Below the pieces are notes generated by a model that was not told the origin of the DNA, made no database searches, and saw nothing but the letters and a program-made list of their open reading frames with translations. From assembly GCA_964016885.1 (NCBI GenBank), contig OZ024756.1, forward strand, positions 124,001 to 188,000: a stretch of DNA of 64,000 nucleotides. The letters are read 5' to 3'. Shown here piece after piece: positions 35,501 through 49,700 of this stretch (positions are counted from its first letter, which is position 1; each line of letters begins with the position of its first letter). Made by a program: the position numbers and the translations under genes. The DNA comes from Eledone cirrhosa. Lineage: Eukaryota.

Positions 35501-37727
35501 GTGGTTGTAGTGATGGTGGAAGTGATGGTGGTGGTTGTAGTGATGGTAGTGGTTGTAGTGATGGTGGAAGTGATGGTGGTGGTTGTAGTGATGGTGGTGG
35601 TTGTAGTGATGGTGAAAGTGATGGTGGTGGTTGTAGTGATGGTGGAAGTGATGGTGGTGGTTGTAGTGATGGTGGAAGTGATGGTAGTGGTTGTAGTGAT
35701 AATGGAAGTGATGGTAGTAGTTGTGGTAGTGGTTGTAGCGATGGTGGAAGTGATGGTAGTGGTTGTAGTGATGGTGGAAGTGATGGTGGTGGTTGTAGTG
35801 ATGGTGGAAGTGATGGTAGTGGTTGTAGTGATGGTGGTGGTTGTAGTAATGGTGGAAGTGATGGTGGTGGTTGTAGTGATGGTGGGAGTGATGGTAGTGG
35901 TTGTAGTGATGGTGGAAGTGATGGTGGTGGTTGTAGTGATGGTGGAAGTGATGGTGGTGGTTGTAGTGATGGTTGTAGTGATGGTGGTGGTTGTAGTGAT
36001 GGTTGAAGTGATGGTGGTGGTTGTAGTGATGGTGGTGGTTGTAGTGATGGTTGAAGTGATGGTGGTGGTTGTAGTGATGGTGGAAGCGATGGTGGTGGTT
36101 GTAGTGATGGTGGAAGTGATGGTGGTGGTTGTAGTGATGTAGTGATGGTGGTGGTTGTAGTGATGGTGGAAGTGATGGTGGTGGTTGTAGTGATGGTGGA
36201 AGTGATGGTGGTGGTTGTAGTGATGGTGGAAGTGATGGTGGTGGTTGTAGTGATGGTTGAAGTGATGGTGGAAGTGATGGAGGAAGTGATGGAGGTGGTG
36301 GAAGTGATGGTGATGGTTGTAGTGATGGTAGTGGTTGTAGTGATGGTGGGAGTGATGGTGGTGGTTGTAGTGATGGTGGAAGTGATGGTGGTGGTTGTAG
36401 TGATGTAGTGATGGTGGTGGTTGTAGTGATGGTGGAAGTGATGGTGGTGGTTGTAGTGATGGTGGAAGTGATGGTGGTGGTTGTAGTGATGGTGGAAGTG
36501 ATGGTGGTGGTTGTAGTGATGGTGGAAGCGATGGTGGTGGTTGTAGTGATGGTGGAAGCGATGGTGGTGGTTGTAGTGATGGTGGAAGTGATGGTGGTGG
36601 TTGTAGTGATGGTTGAAGTGATGGTGGTGGTTGTAGTGTTGGTGGTGGTTGTAGTGATGGTGTTGGTTGTAGTGATGGTGGGAGTGATGGTAGTGGTTGA
36701 GTGATGGTGGAAGTGATGGTGGTGCTTGTAGTGATAGTGGAAGTGATGGTGGTGGTTGTAGTGATGGTGGATGTGATGGTGGTGGTTGTAGTGATGGTGG
36801 AAGTGATGGTGGGAGTGATGGCGGTGTTTGTAGTGATGGTGGAAGTGATGGTAGTGGTTGTAGTGATGGTGGAAGTGATGGTGGTGGTTGTAGTGATGGT
36901 GGAAGTGATGGTAGTGGTTGTAGTGATGGCGGTGGTTGTAGTGATGGGGGAAGTGATGGTAGTGGTTGTAGTGATGGTGGAAGTGATGGTAGCCGTTGTA
37001 GTGATGGTGGAAGTGATGGTAGTGGTTGTAGTGATGGTGGAAGTGATGGTGGTGGTTGTAGTGATGGTGGAAGTGATGGTGGTGGTTGTAGTGATGGTGG
37101 TGGTTGTAGTGATAGTGGAAGTGATGGCGGTGGTTGTAGTGATGGTGGAAGTGATGGTAGTGGTTGTAGTGATGGTGGTGGTTGTAGTGATGGTGGAAGT
37201 GATGGTAGTGGTTGTAGGGATGGTGGAAGTGATCGCGGTGGTTGTAGTGATGGTGGGAGTGATGGTAGTGGTTGTAGTGATGGTGGAAGTGATGGTGGTG
37301 GTTGTAGTGATGGTGGAAGTGATGGTGGTGGTTGTAGTGATGGTGGAAGTGATGGTAGTGGTTGTAGTGATGGTGCAAGTGATGGTGATGGTTGTTGTGA
37401 TGGTGGAAGTGATGGTGGTGGTTGTAGTGATGGTGTAAGTGATGGTGGTAGTTGTAGTGATGGTGGAAGTGATGGTGGTGGTTGTAGTGATGGTGGAAGT
37501 GATGGTGGTGGTTGTAGTGATGGTGGAAGTGATGGTGGTGGTTGTAGTGATGGTGGAAGTGATGGTGGTGGTTGTAGTGATGGTGGAAGTGATGGTGGTG
37601 GTTGTAGTGATGGTGGTAGTTGTAGTGATGGTGGAAGTGATGGTGGTGGTTGTAGTGATGGTGGAAGTGATGGTGGTGGTTGTAGTGATGGTGGAAGTGA
37701 TGGTGGTGGTTGTAGTGATGGTGGTGT
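32555..37727. repeat. 30-bp GT-rich satellite (gtgatggtggaagtgatggtggtggttgta), ~5.2 kb
   Basis: 30-bp period with 12/18-bp sub-unit slips and several frame-breaking indels. Confidence 0.95.
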
Positions 37728-37827
37728 TAGAGGAGGCTAGCAGTGCACTGACTGCTGCTATTAATGCTACATACAGCTGCAGCCATCAACATTGAAATAT
37801 CTATTAACAAGAAATACAAGCAGGAAG

Positions 37828-40720
37828 GCACACACACATGCATTTACACATGTATGGCACACACACACACACATGCATTTACACATGTATGGCACACACA
37901 CACACACACACACACATGCATATACACATGTATGGCACACACACACACAGACACACATGCATATACACATGTATGGCACACACACACATTCATATACACA
38001 TGTATGGCACACACACACATTCATATACACATGTATGGCACACAGACACATTCATATACACATGTATGGCACACAGACACACACACATTCATATACACAT
38101 GCGTATACACATGTATGGCACATACACATGCATATACACATGTATGACATACAGATACACATAACTACACACACAACCAGACACACACATAACTACACAC
38201 ACACAACCAGAAACATAACTACACACACACAACAAGATACACATAAATACACACACACAACAAGATACACATAACTACACACACACAACCAGATACACAT
38301 AACTACACACACACACAACCAGATACACATAACTACACACACACAACCAGAAACATAACTACACACACACAACCAGAAACATAACTACACACACACAACA
38401 AGATACACATAACTACACACACACAACAAGATACACATAACTACACACACACAACCAGATACATTACACACACACAACCAGAAACATAACTACACACACA
38501 CAACCAGACACATAACTACACACACACAACCAGACACATAACTACACACACACACAACAAGATACACATAACTACACACACACAACCAGAAACATAACTA
38601 CACACACACAACCAGACACACATAACTACACACACACAACAAGATACACATAACTACACACACACAACAAGATACACATAACTACACACACACAACAAGA
38701 TACACATAACTACACACACACAACAAGATACATATAACTACACACACACAACAAGATACACATAACTACACACACACAACCAGATACACATAACTACACA
38801 CACACAACCAGATACACATAACTACACACACACAACCAGATACACATAACTACACACACACAACCAGAAACATAACTACACACACAACCAGAAACATAAC
38901 TACACACACACACAACAAGATACACATAACTACACACACACAACAAGATACACATAACTACACACACACAACCAGATACATAACGACATACACACAACCA
39001 GATACATAACTACAGACACACAACAAGATACACATAACTACACACACACAACAAGATACACATAACTACACACACACACAACCAGATACACATAACTACA
39101 CACACACAACCAGATACATAACTACACACACACAACCAGACACATAACTACACACACACAACCAGACACATAACTACACACACACAACCAGATACACATA
39201 ACTACACACACACAACCAGACACACATAACTACACACACACACACAACCAGAAACATAACTACACAGACACAACAAGATACACATAACTACACACACACA
39301 ACCAGACATAACTACACACACACACAACCAGATACACATAACTACACACACACACAACCAGACACATAACTACACGCACACAACCAGAACCATAACTACA
39401 CAGACACAACAAGATACACATAACTACACACACACAACCAGATACACATAACTACACACACACAACCAGACACATAACTACACACACAACCAGACACATA
39501 ACTACACACACACAACCAGATACACATAACTACACACACACAACCAGACACATAACTATACACACACAACCAGACATAACTATACACACACAACCAGACA
39601 TAACTACACACACACAACCAGACACATAACTACACACACACAACCAGATACACATAACTACACACACACAACCAAATACACATAACTACACACACACAAC
39701 CAGACACATAACTACACACACACAACCAGATACACATAACTACACACACACAAACAGACACATAACTATACACACACAACCAGACATAACTACACACACA
39801 CAACCAGACACATAACTACACACACACAACCAGATACACATAACTACACACACACAACCAGACACATAACTACACACACACAACCAGATACACATAACTA
39901 CACACACACAACCAGACACATAACTACACACACACTACCAGACACATAACTACACACACACAACCAGACACATAACTACACACACACAACCAGACACACA
40001 CACAACCAGACACATAACTACACACACACAACCAGATACACATAACTACACACACAACCAGACACACATAACTACACACACACAACCTGACACATAACTA
40101 CACACACACAACCAGAAACATAACTACACACACACAACCAGATACATAACTACACACACAACCAGAAACATAACTACACACACACAACCAGACACATAAC
40201 TACACACACACAACCAGACACATAACTACACACACACAACCAGATACACATAACTACACACACACAACCAGACACATAACTACACGCACACAACCAGAAA
40301 CATAACTACACACACACAACCAGACACATAACTACACACACACAACCAGACACATAACTACACACACACAACCAGATACACATAACTACACACACACAAC
40401 CAGATACACATAACTACACACACACAACCAGATACACATAACTACACACACACAACCAGACACATAACTACACACACACAACCAGATACACATAACTACA
40501 CACACACAACCAGACACATAACTACACACACACAACCAGACACATAACTACACACACACAACCAGATACACATAACTACACGCACAACCAGACACACATA
40601 ACTACACACACACACAACCAGATACACATAACTACATACACACAACCAGACACATAACTACACACACACAACCAGACACATAACTACACACACACAACCA
40701 GATACACCTACACACACATA
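37828..40720. repeat. CA-rich compound arrays: catatacacatgtatggcacacac units (37828-38145), then ~26-30-bp cataactacacacacacaaccagaca units (38155-40720)
   Basis: Direct repetition with variable (CA)n. Confidence 0.93.
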
Positions 40721-40782
40721 AATACGGTTTCTTTGTCTCATCCTTTTGCTGTAAATGACAAACTCATCAACAAACTGCTATT

Positions 40783-43700
40783 TGGTGGTGGCGGAGGGGG
40801 GTGTTGGTGGTGGGGGGAGTGTTGGTGGTGGTGGTGTTGGTGTTACTGTTGGTCGTGGAGGTAGTGTTGGTGTTACTGTTGTTGGTGGTGGTGGTAGTGT
40901 TGGTGTTACTGTTGTTGGTGGTGGTGGTGGTGGTGGTAGTGTTGGTGTTACTGTTGTTGGTGGTGGGGGGAGTGTTGGTGGTGGTAGTGTTGGTGTTACT
41001 GTTGTTGGTGGTGGTGGTGGTAGTGTTGGTGTTACTGTTGGTGGTAGTGGTAGTGTTGGTGTTATTGTTGGTGGTGGTGGTGGTGGTGGTAGTGTTGGTG
41101 TTGTTGTTGGTGGTGGTGGTGGTAGTGTTGGTGTTACTGTTGTGGTGGTGGTGGTGGTGGTGTTACTGTTGTTGGTGGTGGTGGTAGAGTTGGTGTTATT
41201 GTTGTTGGTGGTGGTGGTAGTGTTGGTGTTGTTGTTGTTGGTCGTGGTGGTGGTAGTGTTGGTGTTACTGTTGGTGTTACTGTTGTTGGTGGTGGTGGTA
41301 GTGTTGGTGTTACTGTTGGTGGTGGTGGTAGTGTTGGTGTTATTGTTGTTGGTGGTGGTGGTGGTGGTGGTAGTGTTGGTGTTACTGTTGTTGATGGTGG
41401 TGGTGGTAGTGTTGGTGTTACTGTTGTTGATGGTGGTGGTGGTAGTGTTGGTGCTACTGTTGGTGGTGGTAGTAGTGTTGGTGTTACTGTTGTTGGTGGT
41501 GGTGGTGCTACTGTTGTTGGTGGTGGTGGTGATAGTGTTGGTGTTACTGTTGTTGGTGTTGGTGGTAGTGTTGGTGTTACTGTTGTTGGTGGTGGTAGTG
41601 TTGGTGTTACTGTTGTTGGTGGTGGTAGTGTTGGTGTTACTGTTGTTGTAGGTGGTGGTAGTGTTGGTGTTACTGTTGTTGGTGGTGGTGGTAGTGTTGG
41701 TGTTACTGTTGTTGGTGGTGGTAGTGTTGGTGTTACTGTTGTTGGTGCTGGTAGTGTTGGTGTTACTGTTGTTGGTGGTGGTAGTGTTGGTGTTACTGTT
41801 GTTGTAGGTGGTGGTAGTGTTGGTGTTACTGTTGTTGTAGGTGGTGGTAGTGTTGGTGTTACTGTTGTTGGTGGTGGTGGTAGTAGTGTTGGTGTTACTG
41901 TTGTTGGTGGTGGTAGTGTTGGTGTTACTGTTGTTGTTGGTGGTGGTAGTGTTGGTGTTACTGTTGTTGTTGGTGGTGGTAGTGTTGGTGTTACTGTTGT
42001 TGGTGGTGGTAGTGTTGGTGTTACTGTTGTTGGTGGTGGTAGTGTTGGTGTTACTGTTGTTGGTGCTGGTAGTGTTGGTGTTACTGTTGTTGGTGGTGGT
42101 GGTAGTGTTGGTGTTACTGTTGTTGTTGGTGGTGGTAGTGTTGGTGTTACTGTTGTTGTTGGTAGTGTTGGTGTTACTGTTGTTGGTGGTGGTGGTAGTG
42201 TTGGTGTTACTGTTGTTGGTGGTAGTGTTGGTGTTACTGTTGTTGGTGGTGGTGGTAGTGTTGGTGTTACTGTTGTTGGTGGTGGTGGTAGTGTTGGTGT
42301 TACTGCTGTTGGTGAGAGTGTTGGTGTTACTGTTGTTGGTAGTGGTGGGAGTGTTGGTGTTACTGTTGTTGGTGGTGGTGGTAGTGTTGGTGTTACTGTT
42401 GTTGTTGGTGGTGGGAGTGTTGGTGTTACTGTTGTTGTTGGTGGTGGGAGTGTTGGTGTTACTGTTGTTGTTCGTGGTGGTAGTGTTGGTGTTACTGTTG
42501 TTGTTGGTGGTGGTAGTGTTGGTGTTACTGTTGTTGGTGGTGGTGGTGGTAGTGTTGGTGTTACTGTTGTTGGTGGTGGTGGTAGTGTTGGTGTTACTGT
42601 TGTTGGTGGTGGTGGTAGTGTTGGTGTTACTGTTGTTGGTGGTGGTGGTAGTGTTGGTGTTACTGTTGTTGTTGGTGGTGGTAGTGTTGGTGTTACTGTT
42701 GTTGGTGGTGGTGGTGGTAGTGTTGGTGTTACTGTTGTTGGTGGTGGTGGTAGTGTTGGTGTTACTGTTGTTGGTGGTGGTGGTAGTGTTGGTGTTACTG
42801 TTGTTGGTGGTGGTGGTAGTGTTGGTGGTGGTGGTAGTGTTGGTGTTACTGTTGTTGGTGGTGGTAGTGTTGGTGTTACTGTTGTTGTTGGTGGTGGTAG
42901 TGTTGGTGTTACTGTTGTTGTTGGTGGTGGTAGTGTTGGTGTTACTGTTGTTGTTGGTGGTGGTAGTGTTGGTGTTACTGTTGTTGGTGGGACTGTTGGT
43001 GTTACTGTCGTTGTTGGTGGTGGTAGTGTTGGTGTTACTGTTGTTGGTGGTGGTAGTGTTGGTGTTACTGTTGTTGGTGGTGGTGGTAGTGTTGGTGTTA
43101 CTGTTTTTGTTGGTGGTGGTAGTGTTGGTGTTACTGTTGTTGGTGGTGGTAGTGTTGGTGTTACTGTTGTTGGTGGGAGTGTTGGTGTTACTGATGTTGG
43201 TGGTGGTGGTAGTGTTGGTGTTACTGTTGTTGTTGGTGGTGGGAGTGTTGGTGTTACTGTTATTGTTGGTGGTGGTAGTGTTGGTGTTACTGTTGTTGGT
43301 GGTGGTAGTGTTGGTGTTACTGTTGTTGGTGGTGGTGGTAGTGTTGGTGTTACTGTTGTTGGTGGTGGTGGTAGTGTTGGTGTTACTGTCGTTGTTGGTG
43401 GTGGTAGTGTTGGTGTTACTGTTGTTGGTGGTGGTGGGAGTGTTGGTGTTACTGTTGTTGTTGGTGGTGGTAGTGTTGGTGTTACTGTTGTTGGTGGCGG
43501 TGGTAGTGTTGGTGTTACTGTTGTTGTTGGTGGTGGTAGTGTTGGTGTTACTGTTGTTGTTGGTGGTGGTAGTGTTGGTGTTACTGTTGTTGTTGGTGGT
43601 GGTAGTGTTGGTGTTACTGTTGTTGGTGGTGGTGGTAGTGTTGGTGTTACTGTTGTTGGTGGTGGTGGTAGTGTTGGTGTTACTGTTGTTGTTGGTGGTG

Positions 43701-46700
43701 GGAGTGTTGGTGTTACTGTTATTGTTGGTGGTGGTAGTGTTGGTGTTACTGTTGTTGGTGGTGGTGGTAGTGTTGGTGTTACTGTTGTTGGTGGTGGTGG
43801 GAGTGTTGGTGTTACTGTTATTGTTGGTGGTGGGAGTGTTGGTGTTACTGTTATTGTTGGTGGTGGTAGTGTTGGTGTTACTGTTATTGTTGGTGGTGGT
43901 AGTGTTGGTGTTACTGTTGTTGGTGGTGGTGGTAGTGTTGGTGTTACTGTTTTTGTTGGTGGAGGTAGTGTTGGTGTTACTGTTGTTGGTGGTGGTGGGA
44001 GTGTTGGTGTTACTGTTTTTGTTGGTGGAGGTAGTGTTGGTGTTACTGTTTTTGTTGGTGGAGGTAGTGTTGGTGTTACTGTTGTTGTTGGTGGAGGTAG
44101 TGTTGGTGTTACTGTTGTCGTTGGTGGTGGTAGTGTTGGTGTTACTGTTTTTGTTGGTGGAGGTAGTGTTGGTGTTACTGTTGTTGGTGGTGGTGGGAGT
44201 GTTGGTGTTACTGTTGTTGTTGGTGGAGGTAGTGTTGGTGTTACTGTTGTTGGTGGTGGTGGTAGTGTTGGTGTTACTGTTGTTGTTGGTGGAGGTAGTG
44301 TTGGTGTTACTGTTGTTGGTGGTGGTGGTAGTGTTGGTGTTACTGTTTTTGTTGGTGGTGGTAGTGTTGGTGTTACTGTTGTTGGTGGTGGTGGTGGTAG
44401 TGTTGGTGTTACTGTTGTTGGTGGTGGTGGGAGTGTTGGTGTTACTGTTGTTGTTGGTGGAGGTAGTGTTGGTGTTACTGTTGTTGGTGGTGGTGGTAGT
44501 GTTGGTGTTACTGTTGTTGGTGGTGGTGGGAGTGTTGGTGTTACTGTTGTTGTTGGTGGAGGTAGTGTTGGTGTTACTGTTGTTGGTGGTGGTGGTAGTA
44601 GTGTTGGTGTTACTGTTGTTGGTGGTGGTGGGAGTGTTGGTGTTACTGTTGTTGTTGGTGGAGGTAGTGTTGGTGTTACTGTTGTTGGTGGTGGTGGTAG
44701 TGTTGGTGTTACTGTTGTTGGTGGTGGTGGTAGTGTTGGTGTTACTGTTGTTGTTGGTGGTGGTAGTGTTGGTGTTACTGTTGTTGTTGGTGGTGGTAGT
44801 GTTGGTGTTACTGTTTTTGTTGGTGGAGGTAGTGTTGGTGTTACTGTTGTTGTTGGTGGTGGTAGTGTTGGTGTTACTGTTTTTGTTGGTGGAGGTAGTG
44901 TTGGTGTTACTGTTGTTGGTGGTGGTGGTAGTGTTGGTGTTACTGTTGTTGTTGGTGGTGGGAGTGTTGGTGTTACTGTTGTTGTTAGTGGAGGTAGTGT
45001 TGGTGTTACTGTTGTTGTTGGTGGTGGTAGTGTTGGTGTTACTGTTGTTGGTGGTGGTGGTAGTGTTGGTGTTACTGTTGTTGTTGGTGGTGGTAGTGTT
45101 GGTGTTACTGTTGTTGTTGGTGGTGGTAGTGTTGGTGTTACTGTTGTTGTTGGTGGTGGGAGTGTTGGTGTTACTGTTGTTGTTGGTGGAGGTAGTGTTG
45201 GTGTTACTGTGTTGTTGGTGGAGGTAGTGTTGGTGTTACTGTTGTTGGTGGTGGTGGTGGTAGTGTTGGTGTTACTGTTGTTGTTGGTGGTGGTAGTGTT
45301 GGTGTTACTGTTGTTGGTGGTGGTGGTAGTGTTGGTGTTACTGTTGTTGGTGGGAGTGTTGGTGTTACTGTTGTTGTTGGTGGAGGTAGTGTTGGTGTTA
45401 CTGTTGTTGGTGGTGGTGGTAGTGTTGGTGTTACTGTTGTTGTTGGTGGAGGTAGTGTTGGTGTTACTGTTGTTGGTGGTGGTGGTAGTGTTGGTGTTAC
45501 TGTTGTTGTTGGTGGTGGTAGTGTTGGTGGGAGTGTTGGTGTTACTGTTGTTGGTGGTGGTGGTAGTGTTGGTGTTACTGTTGTTGGTGGTGGTAGTGTT
45601 GGTGTTACTGTTGTTGGTGGTGGTGGGAGTGTTGGTGTTACTGTTGTTGGTGGTGGTGGTAGTGTTGGTGTTACTGTTGTTGGTGGTGGTAGTGTTGGTG
45701 TTACTGTTGTTGGTGGTGGTAGTGTTGGTGTTACTGTTGTTGGTGGTGGTAGTGTTGATGTTACTGTTGTTGTTGGTGGTGGTGGGAGTGTTGGTGTTAC
45801 TGTTGTTGTTGGTGGAGGTAGTGTTGGTGTTACTGTTGTTGGTGGTGGTGGTAGTGTTGGTGTTACTGTTGTTGGTGGTGGTGGGAGTGTTGGTGTTACT
45901 GTTGTTGTTGGTGGAGGTAGTGTTGGTGTTACTGTTGTTGGTGGTGGTGGTAGTAGTGTTGGTGTTACTGTTGTTGGTGGTGGTGGGAGTGTTGGTGTTA
46001 CTGTTGTTGTTGGTGGAGGTAGTGTTGGTGTTACTGTTGTTGGTGGTGGTGGTAGTGTTGGTGTTACTGTTGTTGGTGGTGGTGGTAGTGTTGGTGTTAC
46101 TGTTGTTGTTGGTGGTGGTAGTGTTGGTGTTACTGTTGTTGTTGGTGGTGGTAGTGTTGGTGTTACTGTTTTTGTTGGTGGAGGTAGTGTTGGTGTTACT
46201 GTTGTTGTTGGTGGTGGTAGTGTTGGTGTTACTGTTTTTGTTGGTGGAGGTAGTGTTGGTGTTACTGTTGTTGGTGGTGGTGGTAGTGTTGGTGTTACTG
46301 TTGTTGTTGGTGGTGGGAGTGTTGGTGTTACTGTTGTTGTTAGTGGAGGTAGTGTTGGTGTTACTGTTGTTGTTGGTGGTGGTAGTGTTGGTGTTACTGT
46401 TGTTGGTGGTGGTGGTAGTGTTGGTGTTACTGTTGTTGTTGGTGGTGGTAGTGTTGGTGTTACTGTTGTTGTTGGTGGTGGTAGTGTTGGTGTTACTGTT
46501 GTTGTTGGTGGTGGGAGTGTTGGTGTTACTGTTGTTGTTGGTGGAGGTAGTGTTGGTGTTACTGTGTTGTTGGTGGAGGTAGTGTTGGTGTTACTGTTGT
46601 TGGTGGTGGTGGTAGTGTTGGTGTTACTGTTGTTGTTGGTGGTGGTAGTGTTGGTGTTACTGTTGTTGGTGGTGGTGGTAGTGTTGGTGTTACTGTTGTT

Positions 46701-49700
46701 GGTGGGAGTGTTGGTGTTACTGTTGTTGTTGGTGGAGGTAGTGTTGGTGTTACTGTTGTTGGTGGTGGTGGTAGTGTTGGTGTTACTGTTGTTGTTGGTG
46801 GAGGTAGTGTTGGTGTTACTGTTGTTGGTGGTGGTGGTAGTGTTGGTGTTACTGTTGTTGTTGGTGGTGGTAGTGTTGGTGGGAGTGTTGGTGTTACTGT
46901 TGTTGGTGGTGGTGGTAGTGTTGGTGTTACTGTTGTTGGTGGTGGTAGTGTTGGTGTTACTGTTGTTGGTGGTGGTGGGAGTGTTGGTGTTACTGTTGTT
47001 GGTGGTGGTGGTAGTGTTGGTGTTACTGTTGTTGGTGGTGGTAGTGTTGGTGTTACTGTTGTTGGTGGTGGTAGTGTTGGTGTTACTGTTGTTGGTGGTG
47101 GTAGTGTTGATGTTACTGTTGTTGTTGGTGGTGGTGGGAGTGTTGGTGTTACTGTTGTTGTTGGTGGTAGTGTTGGTGTTACTGTTTTTATTGGTGGAGG
47201 TAGTGTTGGTGTTACTGTTGTTGGTGGTGGTAGTGTTGGTGTTACTGTTGTTGTTGGTGGTGGTGGTAGTGTTTGTGTTACTGTTGTTGGTGGTGGTAGT
47301 GTTGGTGTTACTGTTGTTGGTGGTGGTGGGAGTGTTGGTGTTACTGTTGTTGGTGGTGGGAGTGTTGGTGTTACTGTTGTTGGTGGTGGTAGTGTTGGTG
47401 TTACTGTTTTTGTTGGTGGAGGTAGTGTTGGTGTTACTGTTGTTGTTGGTGGTGGTGGGAGTGTTGGTGTTACTGTTGTTGGTGGTGGTAGTGTTGGTGT
47501 TACTGTTTTTGTTGGTGGAGGTAGTGTTGGTGTTACTGTTGTTGTTGGTGGTGGTAGTGTTGGTGTTACTGTTGGTGGTGGTGGTGGTAGTGTTGGTGTT
47601 ACTGTTGTTGTTGGTGGTGGTAGTGTTGATGTTACTGTTGTTGTTGGTGGTGGTGGGAGTGTTGGTGTTACTGTTGTTGGTGGTGGTAGTGTTCGTGTTA
47701 CTGTTGTTGTTGGTGGTGGTGGTAGTGTTTGTGTTACTGTTGTTGGTGGTGGTAGTGTTGGTGTTACTGTTTTTGTTGGTGGAGGTAGTGTTGGTGTTAC
47801 TGTTGTTGGTGGTGGTGGTAGTGTTGGTGTTACTGTTGTTGGTGGTGGTGGTAGTGTTGGTGTTATTGTTGTTGGTGGAGGTAGTGTTGGTGTTACTGTT
47901 GGTGGTGGTGGTGGTAGTGTTGGTGTTACTGTTGTTGTTGGTGATGGTAGTGTTGGTGTTACTGTTGTTGGTGGTGGTGGTAGTGTTGGTGTTATTGTTG
48001 TTGGTGGAGGTAGTGTTGGTGTTACTGTTGGTGGTGGTGGTGGTAGTGTTGGTGTTACTGTTGTTGGTGGTGGTGGTAGTGTTGGTGTTACTGTTGTTGT
48101 TGGTGGAGGTAGTGTTGGTGTTACTGTTTTTGTTGGTGGAGGTAGTGTTGGTGTTACTGTTGTTGTTGGTGGAGGTAGTGTTGGTGTTACTGTTGGTGGT
48201 GGTGGTGGTAGTGTTGGTGTTACTGTTGTTGGTGGTGGTAGTGTTGGTGTTACTGTTGTTGGTGGTGGTGGGAGTGTTGGTGTTACTGATGTTGGTGGTG
48301 GTGGTAGTGTTGGTGTTATTGTTGTTGTTGGTGGAGGTAGTGTTGGTGTTACTGTTGTTGGTGGTGGTGGTAGTGTTGGTGTTACTGTTGTTGGTGGTGG
48401 TGGTAGTGTTGGTGTTACTGTTGTTGGTGGTGGTGGTAGTGTTGGTGTTACTGTTGTTGGTGGTGGTGGTAGTGTTGGTGTTACTGTTGTTGTTGGTGGT
48501 GGTAGTGTTGGTGTTATTGTTGTTGTTGGTGGTGGTAGTGTTGGTGTTACTGTTGTTGTTGGTGGAGGTAGTGTTGGTGTTACTGTTGGTGGTGGTGGTG
48601 GTAGTGTTGGTGTTACTGTTGTTGTTGGTGGTGGTAGTGTTGGTGTTACTGTTGTTGTTGGTGGTGGTGGTAGTGTTGGTGTTATTGTTGTTGGTGGTGG
48701 AGGTAGTGTTGGTGTTACTGTTGTTGTTGGTGGTGGTAGTGTTGGTGTTACTGTTGTTGTTGGTGGTGGTAGTGTTGGTGTTACTGTTGTTGTTGGTGGT
48801 GGTAGTGTTGGTGTTACTGTTGTTGTTGGTGGTGGTGGTAGTGTTGGTGTTACTGTTGTTGTTGGTGGTGGTAGTGTTGGTGTTATTGTTGTTGGTGGTG
48901 GAGGTAGTGTTGGTGTTACTGTTGTTGTTGGTGGTGGTAGTGTTGGTGTTACTGTTGTTGTTGGTGGTGGTGGTAGTGTTGGTGTTACTGTTGTTGTTGC
49001 TGGTGGAGGTAGTGTTGGTGTTACTGTTGTTGTTGGTGGAGGTAGTGTTGGTGTTACTGTTGGTGGTGGTGGTGGTAGTGTTGGTGTTACTGTTGTTGTT
49101 GGTGGTGGTGGTAGTGTTGGTGTTACTGTTGTTGTTGTTGGTGGTGGTAGTGTTGGTGTTATTGTTGTTGGTGGTGGTGGTAGTGTTGGTGTTACTGTTG
49201 TTGGTGGTGGTGGTGGTAGTGTTGGTGTTATTGTTGTTGGTGGTGGTGGTGGTAGTGTTGGTGTTATTGTTGTTGGTGGTGGAGGTAGTGTTGGTGTTAC
49301 TGTTGTTGGTGGTGGTGGAGGTAGTGTTGGTGTTACTGTTGTTGTTGGTGGTGGTAGTGTTGGTGTTATTGTTGTTGTTGGTGGTGGTAGTGTTGGTGTT
49401 ACTGTTGTTGTTGGTGGTGGTGGTAGTGTTGGTGTTACTGTTGTTGTTGTTGGTGGTGGTAGTGTTGGTGTTACTGTTGTTGTTGGTGGTGGTGGTAGTG
49501 TTGGTGTTACTGTTGTTGTTGTTGGTGGTAGTGTTGGTGTTACTGTTGTTGGTGGTGGAGGTAGTGTTGGTGTTACTGTTGTTGTTGGTGGAGGTAGTGT
49601 TGGTGTTACTGTTGTTGGTGGTGGTGGAGGTAGTGTTGGTGTTACTGTTGTTGTTGGTGGTGGTAGTGTTGGTGTTACTGTTGTTGTTGGTGGTGGTAGT

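Noticed and set aside
32471-37378. 1635-aa His/Thr-rich ORF resembling His-rich cephalopod structural proteins or mucins
   Set aside because: It switches between His, Thr and Pro frames at indels within a 30-bp satellite; no signal peptide or unique domain
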